Assembly (NCBI GenBank): GCA_964016885.1
Contig: OZ024750.1
Location: 41,106,001-41,170,000, forward strand
Direction: 5' to 3'
Source: Eledone cirrhosa
Lineage: Eukaryota
Length of the DNA: 64,000 bases
The translations under genes and the position numbers were made by a program. Below are positions 26,979 through 39,000 of this stretch, in pieces. The stretch's first letter is position 1, and the number at the start of each line of letters is the position of its first letter. The notes under the pieces were generated by a model. That model had not been told where the DNA came from. It saw nothing but the letters and a program-made list of their open reading frames with translations, and did no database searches.

Positions 26979-28042
26979 TTCTTCTGGTTTTATAATTTCA
27001 CAAATTTTTGCCAATAGAGAGAGTCGGTTTCTAACATAGACACAAGACTCTCTCATTGGAATTTACACAACATCAACTAGGTAGATATGTCTGCATGTCT
27101 GCATGCATGTGTGTGCAGGTATGGATGTTATTGTATGTGTGGATGTGTATGTTTTGAGTTGTATGTGTGCATGTGTATATGCTTTGTATCTGTACATGTG
27201 TATATGCAGTTATTAGATGCAGAACTTTTGGAATGTTTTACATATTTTTACTGTTCCATTAATGGATTGTACTTGTAATTTCCTAACTAGTTGTGTTCTT
27301 TCTGCTCCTGTGAAGCCCAGCTTCTCAAGATTTGTATTGAGGCAGTTACTAACATATCCCAGTGCCCCAATAATCACAGGCATAAATCTGAAGGTGTAAT
27401 CAGGGTGGAGTATCTGCAGATTTCTCATTAGTTCTGCATAAATATTCTCCTTTTCGCAAATCTTTGATATTATATTGGCATCTGCTGGGCAGCTAACTTC
27501 CACTACTGTGCATGTTTTCTTCTCCCTGTCCCATATCATAATATCTGGTCTGTTATGCCTGCATTTTATTGGGGCTTTTACTGGAACATTCCACCAGTAC
27601 TCTTTCATATTATGTATATGGATGTCTTCCACATTACTATAGCTTCTAATGTGTTTATTATCGGGGCTATCTTTTCTACGGATTGCATTGTACAGTGTTT
27701 TGGCCACTACATCATGCCTCCTAGGCAGATAGTACTGCAATGACATCTTTGGACAGCTGCTTGTGACATGGTTGACATTTTCGATGTTAATTCTGCAGAG
27801 TCTGCACTTGTTGTCACATCTGCGGCCCTATCTCTTTTGTGAATCAGGTATTTTGTGCTGATTTCCTGTTCTTGGATTGCAAAAGCGTATCCTTCAAAGT
27901 GGGAGCCAATATAGCGGTTGTTGGTCCAAGATAGACTACTTTGTTTATCTATATTACTCTCACTCTGGAGCTTCCTAGCAACATATCCATGTATGATTTT
28001 TTGCTAATAAGCATGCAGTTTTTCATCCATGGATTCACTTTG
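26979..28042 (-). mobile_element. 5'-truncated R4/Dong/NeSL-like non-LTR retrotransposon (CCHC knuckle plus restriction-like endonuclease), pseudogenised
   Basis: The minus strand gives EGYAFAIQEQEISTKY, then after a frameshift near 27825 CRLCRINIENVNHVTSSC (CCHC), RHD, RPDIMIWD, VEVSCP, EKENIY and PVIIGALG. The stop is at 27213, there is one premature TAG near 28004, and a hairpin-bearing putative 3' UTR runs to about 26979. Confidence 0.88.
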
Positions 28043-28119
28043 GTATGTATGTATGTATGTATGTATGTATGTATGTATGTATGTATGTATGTATGTATGT
28101 ATGTATGTATGTATGCATG

Positions 28120-28150
<31 letters not shown>

Positions 28151-28160
28151 GTATGTATGT
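28043..28160. repeat. (GTAT)n microsatellite
   Basis: Directly visible in the sequence. Confidence 0.95.
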
Positions 28161-28401
28161 ATATATACGAATGAAACAGTTCTAGTCCTGTAGAAGCTTT
28201 TCTATATTAAATATATACATTATATATATATATATACATATATATATTAAATATATACATTATATATATACATATATATACATTATATATATATATATAC
28301 ATATATATACATATATATACATTATATCTATATATAAAGTAGTGGCCGTACTCGAAAACGAGTTGGCAGCCACCACCATGTATGTATTATGTATGCATGT
28401 T

Positions 28402-28603
28402 TCTCTTTCTCTTAATCTTGAGTACATTTTTGACTGGCCACTTTCCTGGTGGCAAGGTTATAAAAGAAAAGAAATTGTCATCCTTTGAATCACAAGAATG
28501 TTTTGCAAATTTTGAAGGTGCCAGTTATCGCAGCCATTTGTAGTCTAGGAATTAGTGAGCTGTGTTCTTTGTCCACAAATCCAAGTTCAGTCATACTTTG
28601 GTC
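28402..28603 (-). mobile_element. Short 3' fragment of a second R4/Dong-like family
   Basis: The minus strand reads MTELGFVDKEHSSLIPRLQMAAITGTFKICKTFL, homologous to LEKLGFTGAERTQLVRKLQVQSINGTVKICKTFQ of the 27213 ORF. Confidence 0.75.
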
Positions 28604-28663
28604 CATGTATGTATGTATGTATTATTGTATTCATGTATGTATTTTATGTATGTATGTATGTAT

Positions 28664-29067
28664 GATGACCCCTTAGCCTTTGTCAAGGCAGAATTCTAGG
28701 AGAAGGAAAACTCTGATATAACACCTGCAACCCTGATGGTATCCAATGATGTTGACTTGTTCTTCTTTTTGGTAAATATCATCTTGGTTAAGAGAGTGAG
28801 ACTGGCTTTGTGCAGTGCCTTTGCTCACTATAAAAGGTTCACGGCACAGGCATTGCTTCATATCTGGAGATCTCTCTGCACTTGTCGTCACATGGTACCA
28901 TGGGCCCAGCACTATGTGTCAATGATTGTCACAAGTGTAGTGTTTGTACCAGAGTTTTCAAGTCGCTGGATGGACTAAGAAGTCACACTCGTTCAGCGCA
29001 TAGGTAGGGGTTCTCCTACATGGATATAAAGTAGTGGCCGTACTCGAAAACGAGTTGGCAGCCACCA
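28664..29067 (+). mobile_element. Short RTE/BovB-like derivative ending in a C2H2 zinc finger and stem-loop tail
   Basis: 28930-29007 encodes HKCSVCTRVFKSLDGLRSHTRSAHR* (C-x2-C-x12-H-x4-H), typical of RTE-BovB C-termini. The tail is GTGGCCGTACTCGAAAACGAGTTGGCAGCCACCA. Confidence 0.6.
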
Positions 29068-29084
29068 TGTATTTATGTATGTAT

Positions 29085-29291
29085 CTCTGTAAAGTTTTGT
29101 TGGTACCACAGAACATCCAGTCCATACTGTAAATGTGGTTGGTGTTAGGAAGGGCATACAGCTGTATAAAACCAGCCAGAAACAGTCCTATACGAGTGAG
29201 ACACGGTCACCTGACCAATCTTGCCTCAAGTAGGCCAAACCCATCTAACCCATGCTAGCGTGGAAGATAGACGTTAAACAGTGATGATGAT
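29085..29291 (+). mobile_element. RTE 3' UTR fragment with (GAT)n tail
   Basis: GTAAATGTGGTTGGTGTTAGGAAGGGCAT...CTTGCCTCAAGT...CCCATGCTAGCGTGGAAGATAGACGTTAAAC is a reverse-complement homolog of 12797-12945. Confidence 0.8.
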
Positions 29292-29321
29292 TATGTATGT
29301 GTGTGTATATATATAAATATA

Positions 29322-29511
29322 TAATTGTTTCTACGTTAGGCACAAGGCCAGCAATTACCCAGTGCATCACTGGTACTTTATTTTATTGACCCCGTAAGGA
29401 TGAAAGGCAAAGTCAACCTCGGCGGGATTTGAACTCAGATCATAAAGGGACGTAACTATGCTGCAAAGCATGGCGTCCGACCCTCTACCGATACTGCCAA
29501 TCCACCGCCCT
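29322..29511 (-). mobile_element. SINE-B copy
   Basis: Highly similar to 10968-11157 and 63536-63722. Confidence 0.9.
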
Positions 29512-29516
29512 TAATA

Positions 29517-29851
29517 TCATCATCATCATTTTACGTCCGCTTTTTTTTTTCCCTGCTTGCAAGGGTGGGACGGGAACTGATTTTGGCTTGATTTCTACAG
29601 CTGGATGCCCTTCCTAACACCAACCTCATTTACAGTGAGTGCTGGGTGCTTTTTTGCCGTGGCACCTCCACGACCACTTTGCAGTGGAATGATAGGGACC
29701 CCACTCCCTATCATCTCATTTCTACAGCTGAGTAAACTGGAACAATGTGAAATAAAGTGTCTTGCTCAAGGAAACAACACATCACCCGGTCTGAGAATTG
29801 AACTCACAACCTTTCGATTGCAAGGCCAATGCTCTAACCACTAAGCCATGT
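29517..29851 (-). mobile_element. SINE-A copy
   Basis: Near-identical reverse complement of 10598-10915. It produces the twin 79-aa track ORFs 10604..10843 and 29605..29844. Confidence 0.92.
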
Positions 29852-29899
29852 ATATATTTAATATAGAAAAGCTTCTACAGGATTAGAACTGTTTCATTC

Positions 29900-30016
<117 letters not shown>

Positions 30017-31226
30017 ACCAAAGATTAATATGATTCGTTGGTTAATCAACGAATACATGTTTACAATAGATTAGAAGCATTCAACAAGAGATTTTCCTGG
30101 AGTATTTAATATTATTCAAAATGTTAACAAATGAAAAAATATTCTCATAATCAAAATATATATATATATATATAATATATAAGAACAAAAGATGGTTAAA
30201 GGAGTTCCATGTATTTTATTATGCGCATTTCAAAAACAAATATCATCATGCAATAATATTTGTGTTTTCATCAGATAAAACAGGACATGATATGAAGGCT
30301 AAAAAACACTTGTGGATAGTTCAGTTTTAAATCAACATATCTTTTGTTCTTATATATTATGTATACTCCAGTCCCACAAACTGTAGAGTGCTTCTTATCC
30401 AATATCTGCATTGCTTTATTGTACTACAATAAAACTCACCTCCTACATTATATATATATATATATATAGGGGAAATGGTAAAGATTTGAAAAAAGCCCCT
30501 AAAGTGTTTTTATTCTATAAACATCTCATATGTATAGTGCACAATGAAAAAAGTTTTTTTACATAAAAAATAGTTTTGTATTTTTAATTTTATTTTTACA
30601 TTACGTCCCTTGTCAAGAATTGTGGGTTTTTTTTTCGTCAACATAAGGGACAAAAATACAACCAGTTGTGTCCCTTGTTTTAACAAGAACATAAGCAACA
30701 ATAACATTGCAAATGGAATACTAACAAATTAAGGATGACAAAACTTTTGAAAAGCCTTTTTAGGTGAAACCAGTTAAGTACAAAACTATTCTTTTTCATG
30801 TTAAAAAATGTTTTTCATTGTCTGTTACACCTGTAATATGTACAAAAATTATTATTTTTATGTAAAAAATGTTTTTGGTTACTGTTTTACCTGTTCCAGC
30901 CATCCAACTGAAGCCATGCTGGGGCACTGTCTGAGTACTATACATGTGACATGCATATAAAATAAGAACACAATTTGTATAGGAATCCTTAATCTTCCAA
31001 CACTTTGATTTTCTCTTTCTCTCCTCTCTCTCCATCTCTCTCTCTCTTTGAAAATCCCAAAAGTAGAAAATAATTGTAATAACAGTTGATCACAACAAAT
31101 AATAGCTGAGAAAATTGGGTAAATTGTCCATAGAAATGGGGAAAATGGCCAGAGGAGTTTATGGAGAATCGAACCCTGCATCTCTTGAATACTGTGTGAA
31201 TGCATTATCTTTACAACAAGGATTAA

Positions 31227-31447
31227 CCCTTTAGCATTTAAACTGGCCATATCCGGCGAGAATTCTCTCACCTCTTTCTGTTCAAACTGGCCATAAGTGG
31301 CTGCTCATACTTATGTTAAGGTATTGTTCTCAAAACAAATGATATAAAAATCTCGTAGATTCGATATTATGTGAGATAATTGTGTGAGATAAAGCACTTA
31401 CTATGAAAATACAATAGTAAATATAGAGTAATGTAAATGGTAAAGGG
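31227..31447 (+). mobile_element. piggyBac-type MITE with TTAA target-site duplications
   Basis: TTAA(31223)|CCCTTTAGCATTT ... AAATGGTAAAGGG|TTAA(31448): 13-bp TIRs starting with CCC, one mismatch. Confidence 0.88.
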
Positions 31448-31451
31448 TTAA

Positions 31452-31691
31452 ATTGGCTGTATCTGGCCAGAATTCTCTCACTTCTTTCTGTTCAAACCAG
31501 CCACTCATATAAATAATATCAAAATCTCTTAGATTTGATATTCTGTGATATAATTATGTGAGATAAAGTGTTTACTGTGAAAATACAATAGTATATATAG
31601 AGTAATGTAAATGTTAAATGCTTAAACCAGCTGTATCTGGCCAGAATTCTCTCACCTCTTTCTGTTGAAACCGGCCATAACTGGCTGCTCA
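31452..31691 (+). repeat. Tandem partial duplicates of the MITE body
   Basis: AGAATTCTCTCAC(C/T)TCTTTCTGTT recurs at about 31259, 31469 and 31643. GAAAATACAATAGTA.ATATAGAGTAATGTAAATG recurs at about 31405 and 31579. Confidence 0.8.
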
Positions 31692-32768
31692 ATCATCATC
31701 ATCATCATCATCATCAACGTTTAACGTCCGTGTTCCACGCTTGCATGGGTTTGGACGGGGGTAGTCCCACTTGAGGCAAGAGTGATTGTCTTGCTCGCAT
31801 AGGACTGTCTGGCAGGTTTTCTACAGTTGGATGCCCTTCCTAACACCAACCACATTTACAGTGTGGGTCTGGGAGGTTTTTACCGTGTTGCCTACACGGC
31901 CACATTACAGCGTGGACTGTGTGTTTTTTTGTCGTGACACCTACACGATCTCATTTGTTTCGGCCTCGATGGCGCGGCACCAACATAACTTTACATAGAA
32001 CGGGGTGGTGTGGATGGGGTGGGGGTGGTGGTGGTGGGACGGGGTGTATTTTGTTAGAGATGCCTACTGGCTGGAGTAGGTTTTACTATATATTTAGGTA
32101 AGGCGGGTCTTCTCTGTTACTGAGTACCGCCAAAGGTCTCGGTCCAGTGACATTGTCTTGGAGAGGTGTAAGTGTGTGATGTCGGAGTTTATCAGCTCGT
32201 CCCAGGTTTTTCTAGGTCTGCCTATTCCGTGACTACCGTCTATCTTTATTGCCCTGCACTTTGTTATACAGCTATCGACTTTCATGCGCATCACGTGTCC
32301 ATACCAACGTAGCCTTCTCTCGAGTAAACAACATCTGATCCCTCTTATCTCTAATTTTTTCCTTAGTTCGTTTATGCTTTGCCGTTCACGTATATTACTG
32401 TTACACATCCAGCGGAGCATGCAAGCTTCGTTCCTCTCTAGTCTGCGTATATCCTCTGCACACAATGCCCAGGTCTCACTGCCATGCAGCATTGTTGTTC
32501 GTATGCAGGCATCGTACAACCTGCCTTTCATTTTTAGTGAGAACCCTTTAGCAGCTAATAGTGGTATAAGCTCTCTGAACTTTTTCCAACCAGTTCTGAC
32601 TCTAGCTACAGTACTTTCAGAGCACCCTCCCCCACTGCTGATTTTATCACCCAGGTAACGGAAGCTGTCCACTATTTCTATAGAACCCTCTGCGCAATTG
32701 AAAGAGCTAGTATTTTGTGGGCACTTGCTGCTACTTATTGCACCAGAGCACCGGCCACATGTAAAATC
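31692..32768 (-). mobile_element. 5'-truncated RTE-clade LINE (post-RT C-terminus, 3' UTR, (GAT)n tail)
   Basis: Track ORF 32094..32672 has RTE C-terminal motifs: FRYLGD, ARVRTGWKKFREL, MLHGSETW, MLRWM, RRLRWYGHVMR and GRPRKTW. Confidence 0.92.
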
Positions 32769-33010
32769 TATGTTCTCAATGTAAATGCTAAAGGGCTAAA
32801 GTTAAAGTTGACACCAGAACGGTTTGAACTCAGGTTGTAAGGAACCAAAACAAATATTATGTGGTATCCAATGTGAATCCAATCCTGTATTAATTTGTTA
32901 CCTTGATATAAAGGTAATATTTGTAATTTATCATACAGTGTTAAAACAGATTCAAAATTGATAAAATAGAAACATTCCTTGTTTCTGATTCTTTCTCTTC
33001 CCCCATCTCT

Positions 33011-36000
33011 CCCTAGCAAAGGATTTGAGGGGTGAGAACCTTAGGAGAAGGAAATCACTAGCAAAGGATTTTAGGGGTGAGGACAGAGTGAAATCACTAG
33101 CAAGGGATTTGAGGCGACATGAGAGTGAAATCACTAGCAAGGGATTTGAGGGGACATGAGAGTGAAATCACTAGCAAGGGATTTGAGGGGACATGAGAGT
33201 GAAATCACTAGCAAGGGATTTGAGGGGACATGAGAGTGAAATCACTAGCAAGAGATTTGAGGGGACATGAGAGTGAAATCACTAGCAAGAGATTTGAGGG
33301 GACATGAGAGTGAAATCACTAGCAAGGGATTTGAGGATTTGAGGGGACATGAGAGTGAAATCACTAGTAAGAGATTTGAGGGGACATGAGAGTGAAATCA
33401 CTAGCAAGAGATTTAAGGGGACATGAGAGTGAAATCACTAGCAAGAGATTTGAGGGGTCATTAGAGTGAATTCACTAGCAAGTTTTTTGAGAATTTGAGG
33501 GGACATGAGAGTGAAATCACTAGCAAGGGATTTGAGGGGACAGGAGAGTGAAATCACTAGCAAGGGATTTGAGGAGTCATGAGAGTGAAATCCCTAGCAA
33601 GAGATTTGAGGGGACACAAGAGTGAAATCACTAGCAAGAGGTTTGAGGATTTGAGGGACATGAGAGTGAAATCACTAGCAAAGGATTTGAGGTGTCATGA
33701 GAGTGCAATCTCTAGCAAGAGATTTGAGGGGACATGAGAGTGAAATCACTAGCAAGGGATTTGAGGGGACATGAGAGTGAAATCACGAGCAAGGGATTTG
33801 AGGGGACATGAGAGTGAAATCTCTAGGAAGGGATTTGAGGGGACATGAGAGTGAAATCACTAGCAAGAGATTTGAGGGCACATGAGAGTGAAATCACTAG
33901 CAAGAGATTTGAGGGGACATGAGGGTGAAATCACTAGCAAGAGATTTGAGGGGACATGAGAGTGAAATCACTAGCAAGGGATTTGAGGGGACATGAGAGT
34001 GAAATCACTAGCAAATTTTTTGAGAATTTGAGGGGACATGAGAGTGAAATCACTAGCAAGGGATTTGAGGGGACAGGAGAGTGAAATCACTAGCAAGGGA
34101 TTTGAGGAGTCATGAGAGTGAAATCCCTAGCAAGAGATTTGAGGGGACACAAGAGTGAAATCACTAGCAAGAGGTTTGAGGATTTGAGGGACATGAGAGT
34201 GAAATCACTAGCAAGGGATTTGAGGTGTCATGAGAGTGCAATCTCTAGCAAGAGATTTGAGGGGACATGAGAGTGAAATCACTAGCAAGGGATTTGAGGG
34301 GACATGAGAGTGAAATCTCTAGGAAGGGATTTGAGGGGATATGAGAGTGAAATCACTAGCAAGAGATTTGAGGGGACATGAGAGTGAAATCACTAGCAAG
34401 AGATTTGAGGGGACATGAGAGTGAAATCACTAGCAAGGGATTTGAGGATTTGAGGGGACATGAGAGTGAAATCACTAGCAAGAGATTTGAGGGGACATGA
34501 GAGTGAAATCACGAGCAAGGGATTTGAGGGGACATGAGAGTGAAATCTCTAGGAAGGGATTTGAGGGGACATGAGAGTGAAATCACTAGCAAGAGATTTG
34601 AGGGCACATGAGAGTGAAATCACTAGCAAGAGATTTGAGGATTTGAGGGGACATGAGAGTGAAATCACTAGCAAGAGATTTGAGGGGACATGAGAGTGAA
34701 ATCACTAGCAAGGGATTTGAGGGGACATGAGAGTGAAATCACTAGCAAGAGATTTGAGGGGACATGAGAGTGAAATCACTAGCAAGAGATTTGAGGGGAC
34801 ATGAGAGTGAAATCACTAGCAAAGGATTTGAGGATTTGAGGTGACATGAGAGTGAAATCACTAGCAAGAGATTTGAGGGGACATGAGAGTGAAATCACTA
34901 GCAAGAGATTTGAGGGGACATGAGAGTGAAATCACGAGCAAGGGATTTGAGGGGACATGAGAGTGAAATCTCTAGGAATGGATTTGAGGGGACATGAGAG
35001 TGAAATCACTAGCAAGAGATTTGAGGGCACATGAGAGTGAAATCACTAGCAAGGGATTTGAGGATTTGAGGGGACATGAGAGTGAAATCACTAGCAAGAG
35101 ATTTGAGGGGACATGAGAGTGAAATCACAAGCAAGGGATTTGAGGGAACATGAGAGTGAAATCTCTAGGAAGGGATTTGAGGGGACATGAGAGTGAAATC
35201 ACTAGCAAGAGATTTGAGGGCACATGAGAGTGAAATCACTAGCAAGAGATTTGAGGGGACATGAGGGTGAAATCACTAGCAAGAGATTTGAGGGGACATG
35301 AGAGTGAAATCACTAGCAAGGGATTTGAGGGGACATGAGAGTGAAATCACTAGCAAGGGAATTGAGGAGTCGTGAGAGTGAAATCCCTAGCAAGAGATTT
35401 GAGGGGACACAAGAGTGAAATCACTAGCAAGAGGTTTGAGGATTTGAGGGACATAAGAGTGAAATCACTAGCAAGGGATTTGAGGTGTCATGAGAGTGCA
35501 ATCTCTAGCAAGAGATTTGAGGGGACATGAGAGTGAAATCACTAGCAAGGGATATGAGGGGACATGAGAGTGAAATCTCTAGGAAGGGATTTGAGGGGAT
35601 ATGAGAGTGAAATCACTAGCAAGAGATTTGAGGGGACATGAGAGTGAAATCACTAGCAAGAGATTTGAGGGGACATGAGAGTGAAATCACTAGCAAGGGA
35701 TTTGCGGGGACATGAGAGTGAAATCTCTAGGAAGGGATTTGAGGGGACATGAGAGTGAAATCACTAGCAAGAGATTTGAGGGCACATGAGAGTGAAATCA
35801 CTAGCAAGAGATTTGAGGATTTGAGGGGACATGAGAGTGAAATCACTAGCAAGAGATTTGAGGGGACATGAGAGTGAAATCACTAGCAAGGGATTTGAGG
35901 GGACATGAGAGTGAAATCACTAGCAAGAGATTTGAGGGGACATGAGAGTGAAATCACTAGCAAGGGATTTGAGGGGACAGGAGAGTGAAATCACTAGCAA

Positions 36001-39000
36001 GGGATTTGAGGAGTCATGAGAGTGAAATCCCTAGCAAGAGATTTGAGGGGACACAAGAGTGAAATGACTAGCAAGAGGTTTGAGGATTTGAGGGACATGA
36101 GAGTGAAATCACTAGCAAGGGATTTGAGGTGTCATGAGAGTGCAATCTCTAGCAAGAGATTTGAGGGGACATGAGAGTGAAATCACTAGCAAGGGATTTG
36201 AGGGGACATGAGAGTGAAATAACTAGCAAGAGATTTGAGGGGACATGAGAGTGAAATCACTAGCAAAGGATTTGAGGATTTGAGGTGACATGAGAGTGAA
36301 ATCACTAGCAAGAGACTTGAGGGGACATGAGAGTGAAATCACGAGCAAGGGATTTGAGGGGACATGAGAGTGTAATCTCTAGGAAGGGATTTGAGGGGAC
36401 ATGAGAGTGAAATCACTAGCAAGAGATTTGAGGATTTGAGGGGAAATGAGAGTGAAATCACTAGCAAGAGATTTGAGGGGACATGAGAGTGAAATCACTA
36501 GCAAGGGATTTGAGGGGACATGAGAGTGAAATCACTAGCAAGAGATTTGAGGGGACATGAGAGTGAAATCACTAGCAAGGGATTTGAGGGGACATCAGGG
36601 TGAAATCTCTAGGAAGGGATTTGAGGGGATATGAGAGTGAAATCACTAGCAAGAGATTTGAGGGGACATGAGAGTGAAATCACTAGCAAGAGATTTGAGA
36701 GGATATGAGAGTGAAATCACTAGCAAGGGATTTGAGGATTTGAGGGGACATGAGAGTGAAATCACTAGCAAGAGATTTGAGGGGACATGAGAGTGAAATC
36801 ACTAGCAAGGGATTTGAGGATTTGAGGGGACATGAGAGTGAAATCACTAGCAAGAGATTTGAGGGGACATGAGAGTGAAATCACTAGCAAGGGATTTGAG
36901 GGGACATGAGAGTGAAATCTCTAGGAAGGGATTTGAGGGGATATGAGAGTGAAATCACTAGCAAGAGATTTGAGGGGACATGAGAGTGAAATCACTAGCA
37001 AGAGATTTGAGGGGACATGAGAGTGAAATCACTAGCAAAGGATTTGAGGATTTGAGGTGACATGAGAGTGAAATCACTAGCAAGAGACTTGAGGGGACAT
37101 GAGAGTGAAATCACGAGCAAGGGATTTGAGGGGACATGAGAGTGTAATCTCTAGGAAGGGATTTGAGGGGACATGAGAGTGAAATCACTAGCAAGAGATT
37201 TGAGGATTTGAGGGGAAATGAGAGTGAAATCACTAGCAAGAGATTTGAGGGGACATGAGAGTGAAATCACTAGCAAGGGATTTGAGGGGACATGAGAGTG
37301 AAATCACTAGCAAGAGATTTGAGGGGACATGAGAGTGAAATCACTAGCAAGGGATTTGAGGGGACATGAGGGTGAAATCTCTAGGAAGGGATTTGAGGGG
37401 ATATGAGAGTGAAATCACTAGCAAGAGATTTGAGGGGACATGAGAGTGAAATCACTAGCAAGAGATTTGAGAGGATATGAGAGTGAAATCACTAGCAAGG
37501 GATTTGAGGATTTGAGGGGACATGAGAGTGAAATTACTAGCAAGAGATTTGAGGGGACATGAGAGTGAAATCACTAGCAAGGGATTTGAGGATTTGAGGG
37601 GACATGAGAGTGAAATCACTAGCAAGAGATTTGAGGGGACATGAGAGTGAAATCACTAGCAAGGGATTTGAGGGGACATGAGAGTGAAATCTCTAGGAAG
37701 GGATTTGAGGGGATATGAGAGTGAAATCACTAGCAAGAGATTTGAGGGGACATGAGAGTGAAATCACTAGCAAGAGATTTGAGAGGATATGAGAGTGAAA
37801 TCACTAGCAAGGGATTTGAGGATTTGAGGGGACATGAGAGTGAAATCACTAGCAACAGATTTGAGGGGACATGAGAGTGAAATCACTAGCAAGGGATTTG
37901 AGGAGTCATGAGAGTGAAATCCCTAGCAAGAGATTTGAGGGGACACAAGAGTGAAATCACTAGCAAGAGGTTTGAGGATTTGAGGGACATGAGAGTGAAA
38001 TCACTAGCAAGGGATTTGAGGTGTCATGAGAGTGCAATCTCTAGCAAGAGATTTGAGGGGACATGAGAGTGAAATCACTAGCAAGGGATTTGAGGGGACA
38101 TGAGAGTGAAATCTCTAGGAAGGGATTTGAGGGGATATGAGAGTGAAATCACTAGCAAGAGATTTGAGGGGACATGAGAGTGAAATCACTAGCAAGAGAT
38201 TTGAGGGGACATGAGAGTGAAATCACTAGCAAGGGATTTGAGGATTTGAGGGGACATGAGAGTGAAAACACTAGCAAGAGATTTGAGGGGACATGAGAGT
38301 GAAATCACTAGCAAGGGATTTGAGGGGACATGAGAGTGAAATCACTAGCAAGGGATTTGAGGGGACAGGAGAGTGAAATCACTAGCAAGGGATTTGAGGA
38401 GTCATGAGAGTGAAATCCCTAGCAAGAGATTTGAGGGGACACAAGAGTGAAATGACTAGCAAGAGGTTTGAGGATTTGAGGGACATGAGAGTGAAATCAC
38501 TAGCAAGGGATTTGAGGTGTCATGAGAGTGCAATCTCTAGCAAGAGATTTGAGGGGACATGAGAGTGAAATCACTAGCAAGGGATTTGAGGGGACATGAG
38601 AGTGAAATCTCTAGGAAGGGATTTGAGGGGACATGAGAGTGAAATCACTAGCAAGGGATTTGAGGGGTCATGAGAGTGAAATCTCTAGGAAGGGATTTGA
38701 GGGGATATGAGAGTGAAATCACTAGCAAGAGATTTGAGGGGACATGAGAGTGAAATCACTAGCAAGAGATTTGAGGGGACATGAGAGTGAAATCACTAAC
38801 AAGGGATTTGAGGATTTGAGGGGACATGAGAGTGAAATCACTAGCAAGAGATTTGAGGGGACATGAGAGTGAAATCACGAGCAAGGGATTTGAGGGGACA
38901 TGAGATTGAAATCTCTAGGAAGGGATTTGAGGGGACATGAGAGTGAAATCACTAGCAAGAGATTTGAGGGGACATGAGAGTGAAATCACTAGCAAGAGAT

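Noticed and set aside
28930-29007. Host C2H2 zinc-finger gene exon
   Set aside because: It is a single finger followed by a stop and a retroelement-like stem-loop tail, which fits a LINE C-terminus better.
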